From: Lama guanicoe
Taxonomy: Eukaryota
Assembly: GCA_013239625.1 (NCBI GenBank)
Contig: MU056905.1
Coordinates: 24,647,758 to 24,711,757 of the forward strand
Reading direction: 5' to 3'
Length of the DNA stretch: 64,000 nucleotides
Each line of letters starts with the position of its first letter. Positions within the stretch are counted from its first letter, which is position 1. This document shows positions 61,535-64,000 of this stretch, in pieces. Both the position numbers and the translations under genes were made by a program. The notes below the pieces were generated by a model, which was not told the origin of the DNA, ran no database searches, and was given only the letters and a program-made list of their open reading frames with translations.

Positions 61535-63040
61535 CTGTTTATTCGTTCACTTATCAACAAACATTTATCGAGCATTTCATTGCCCTGCTATCCTCCCTTT
61601 ATTTCTTTTTGTTTTCTTTTTCACTTTCTTCCTTCCTATCTCCTACAAAATTGGCATTATATTTCAGAAACTGAGAATTCAAAGATGAATAAAATATAGC
61701 TTCCATCCTTAAGGGCTTAGAGCTTAGTAAACAGTAATAATGCAGTGCAATGCAATGGTTCTGTTATGGAAGGGAGCAAGAGGTGCCATGGGGGTATCAG
61801 GAGGGAGAGGCCATCTGTGCATGGGAGCATCAGGGGAGGCTTCATAGAGGAGGTATTGCTTCAGCAGAGATTTGAGTAGGAGTGCACCAAGAGAACAGGA
61901 TTGAGGATGTATTAGTTTTCTATCTCTAGTAACAAATTACTGAAAACTTAAAAAAATAGATACACAGTTCCTGGGGGTCAGAAGTCTGGGCATGGATTAG
62001 CTGGGTTCTCTGTTCAAAGACACACAAGGCTATACTGAAGATGTCAGGTGGGTTGCATTTTTATATGGAGGCTTGATTGGGGAGTAATATATTTCTAAGC
62101 TCACTCAGGTTGTTGGCAGCTTTTGTTTCCTCATGGTTGTAAGACTGAGGGTCCCATACTTTCGCCAGCTATTAGATGAAGGCCACCCACAGCTCCTCGA
62201 GGCTGCCATAGTTCCTTGCCATGTGGTCTTCTCCAGCATGGCTTCCTACTTCATTAAGCCAGCAAGGAGACTCTCTAGTCTAGTCTGCTGAGACAGAGCC
62301 TTACACAATGTAACAAAATCATGGAAGGACATCCCATCATCCTTGACATATTCTATTGATTAGAAGCAAATCACAGGTCTCACCTGCACCTCAGGAGAGA
62401 GAATTAAAACAAAGCCGTGAACACCAGAAGAAGGGACTCACTGGGGTTCGCCTTAGGGTCTGTCTACCACGTGGGATGATGAGAGGAATGAGGTAAACAG
62501 ATAAGACAGCATGTAGGGAATATAATATAATGCTTACCCTGTGCCAGAGTACTTTATACATGTTAAATCATTAATCCGACCAAGATTATGGAGCTTGTAA
62601 ATGGTGCAGCTGGATTCTAATTGCCTGGTTTATGAGACTGTGTCCTTAAACTACTATACAGCACTGCCTCTGGGCAAGTATTGAGGTGTGCAAGGAACAG
62701 ATTTTGAAGGGTCTTGTTAAGAAATTTGAACTTTTTTCCAGGAAGCAGTGAAGAACATTATAGGGCTTTGAAGCAGGGGTAAAAGTGACACACAGCCAGC
62801 AGTATGGAGGAGTCAGTGGGGCCAAAGATACCGGTGCAGGTGAGGGAAGATGAGTTACTTGAGTGCAGGGGCTATGGAGTTTGGGAGAAGGGGACAGATA
62901 TGAGACCTTTGGGAAATGTACGTGATCTGACTCAGTGACCTGTTGTGAGGGCTGGGTGTGCAGTGGTGGAGTTGAGGAAGAAGAATGTGTCACAGGTAGC
63001 TTCCAGGTTCCTGGCCTAGATGATTTGGTGTTTCATGGAG
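61535..63040 (-). mobile_element. L2 fragment interrupted by MLT1 and MIR
   Basis: 'attcgttcacttatcaacaaacatttatcgagca', 'caggggaggcttcatagaggagg', 'ttccaggttcctggcctagatga'. Confidence 0.75.
61908..62471 (-). mobile_element. MaLR LTR (MLT1E/F-like)
   Basis: tgtattagttttctat ... gtctgtctaccacg; 'ttctattgattagaagcaaatcacagg'. Confidence 0.88.
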
Positions 63041-63149
63041 CAAGAGACTCATTAAGTTCCAAGTTACTGGGAGGCAGTGATTACATTCTTCTTATTCAGC
63101 GTTACAACTTTTGGGCCTGGCATAGGGCTCTGCACATGGCTATGAAAAC

Positions 63150-63385
63150 AAGCACTATACCTACTACATGCCAAGTACTGTTCTAAGAGCTTCATTTATA
63201 TTAACTTGTTTAACCTTCATAATACCTCTACCATAATCATCCACATTTTACAAAAGAGGCAAATGTGATACAGTGTGGTTAAGTAACTAGCCCAGGTTCA
63301 CACAGTTTGTAAGTATCACAGCCAAGACTTGAACTCAGGCAGGCTTTCTCCAGAGTCCACATGCTTAAGCACCACACTATGTCAC
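63150..63385 (-). mobile_element. MIR SINE
   Basis: 'ggttaagtaactagcccaggttcacacagtttgtaagt...gacttgaactcaggcag'. Confidence 0.88.
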
Positions 63386-63514
63386 ATCCAAAACAAAACA
63401 AAACAAACACAAAAAAACCCACACAAACAGATGCTCAATAATTGTTAAATGTCATATGACTTCAGAAAAGTAGGACAAATATTTAAAATATGATGTGATG
63501 AATATATCAATACT

Positions 63515-64000
63515 CTTTTTTTAAACATTTTTAAATAAGTAATAGTCATTTTACAATGTTGTGTCAAATTCCAGTGTAGAGCACAATTTTTCAGTTATAC
63601 ATGAACATACATATATTTATTGTCACATTTTTTTTGCTGTGAGCTACCACAAGATCCTGTTTTCCCTGTGCTATACAGTACAATCTTGTTTACCTATTCT
63701 ACATTTTGAAATCCCAGTCTGTCCCTTCCCACCCCCTGCCCACTTGGCAACCACAAGTTTGTATTTTATGTCTATGAGTCTGTTTTTGTTTTGTATTTAT
63801 GGTTTTTTTTTTAGATTCCACATATGAGTGATCTCATATGGTATTTTTCTTTCTTTCTGGCTTACTTCACTTAGAATGACATTCTCCAGGAACATACATG
63901 TTGCTGCAAACAGATTATGTTGTAGTTTTTTATGGCTGAATAGTATTCCATTGTATAAATATACCACCTCTTCTTTATCCAGTCATCTGTTGATGGACAT
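63515..64000 (-). mobile_element. Young L1 3' end, runs off the window
   Basis: Poly(T), then 'catttttacaatgttgtgtcaaattccagtgtagagcacaat'-type sequence shared with copies at 29457 and 37711-38146. Confidence 0.92.

Noticed and set aside
1-64000. CRISPR array, operon or prokaryotic defence system
   Set aside because: Mammalian DNA; no regularly spaced repeat-spacer structure and no gene-dense region

Overview
Mammalian non-coding DNA (gene desert or long intron), AT-rich and CpG-depleted. I found no credible protein-coding gene, structural RNA gene or CRISPR array. Much of the window is interspersed repeat: many old MIR and L2 fragments, MaLR/ERVL LTRs (MLT1, MLT2, LTR16/33-like), a MER21-like LTR, hAT MITEs (MER5, MER20-like, MER53, MER81, MER117-like) and L1 3' ends. 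A tRNA-Ala-derived SINE with TSDs at 38919-39025 resembles the camelid Vic-1 family, so the source is probably a camelid (recall, not a search). Repeat-free blocks rich in homeodomain, MEIS, TCF, NFI and E-box motifs look like conserved enhancers. The most notable observations are: (i) a TSD-flanked retrocopied 3'UTR-like fragment inside an L1 (30121-30425); (ii) a 66-bp TSD-flanked polyadenylated micro-retroinsertion (4789-4884); (iii) a 32-nt candidate microexon with strong splice sites (6441-6472) and other + strand exon candidates; (iv) an exact 22-bp repeat 3.5 kb apart in unique sequence; (v) eleven N-runs that behave like length-preserving masking rather than scaffold gaps and may hide the most conserved sequence. 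I see no firm evidence of a new biological system. Repeat family names come from recalled consensus sequences, and boundaries of old repeats are approximate.
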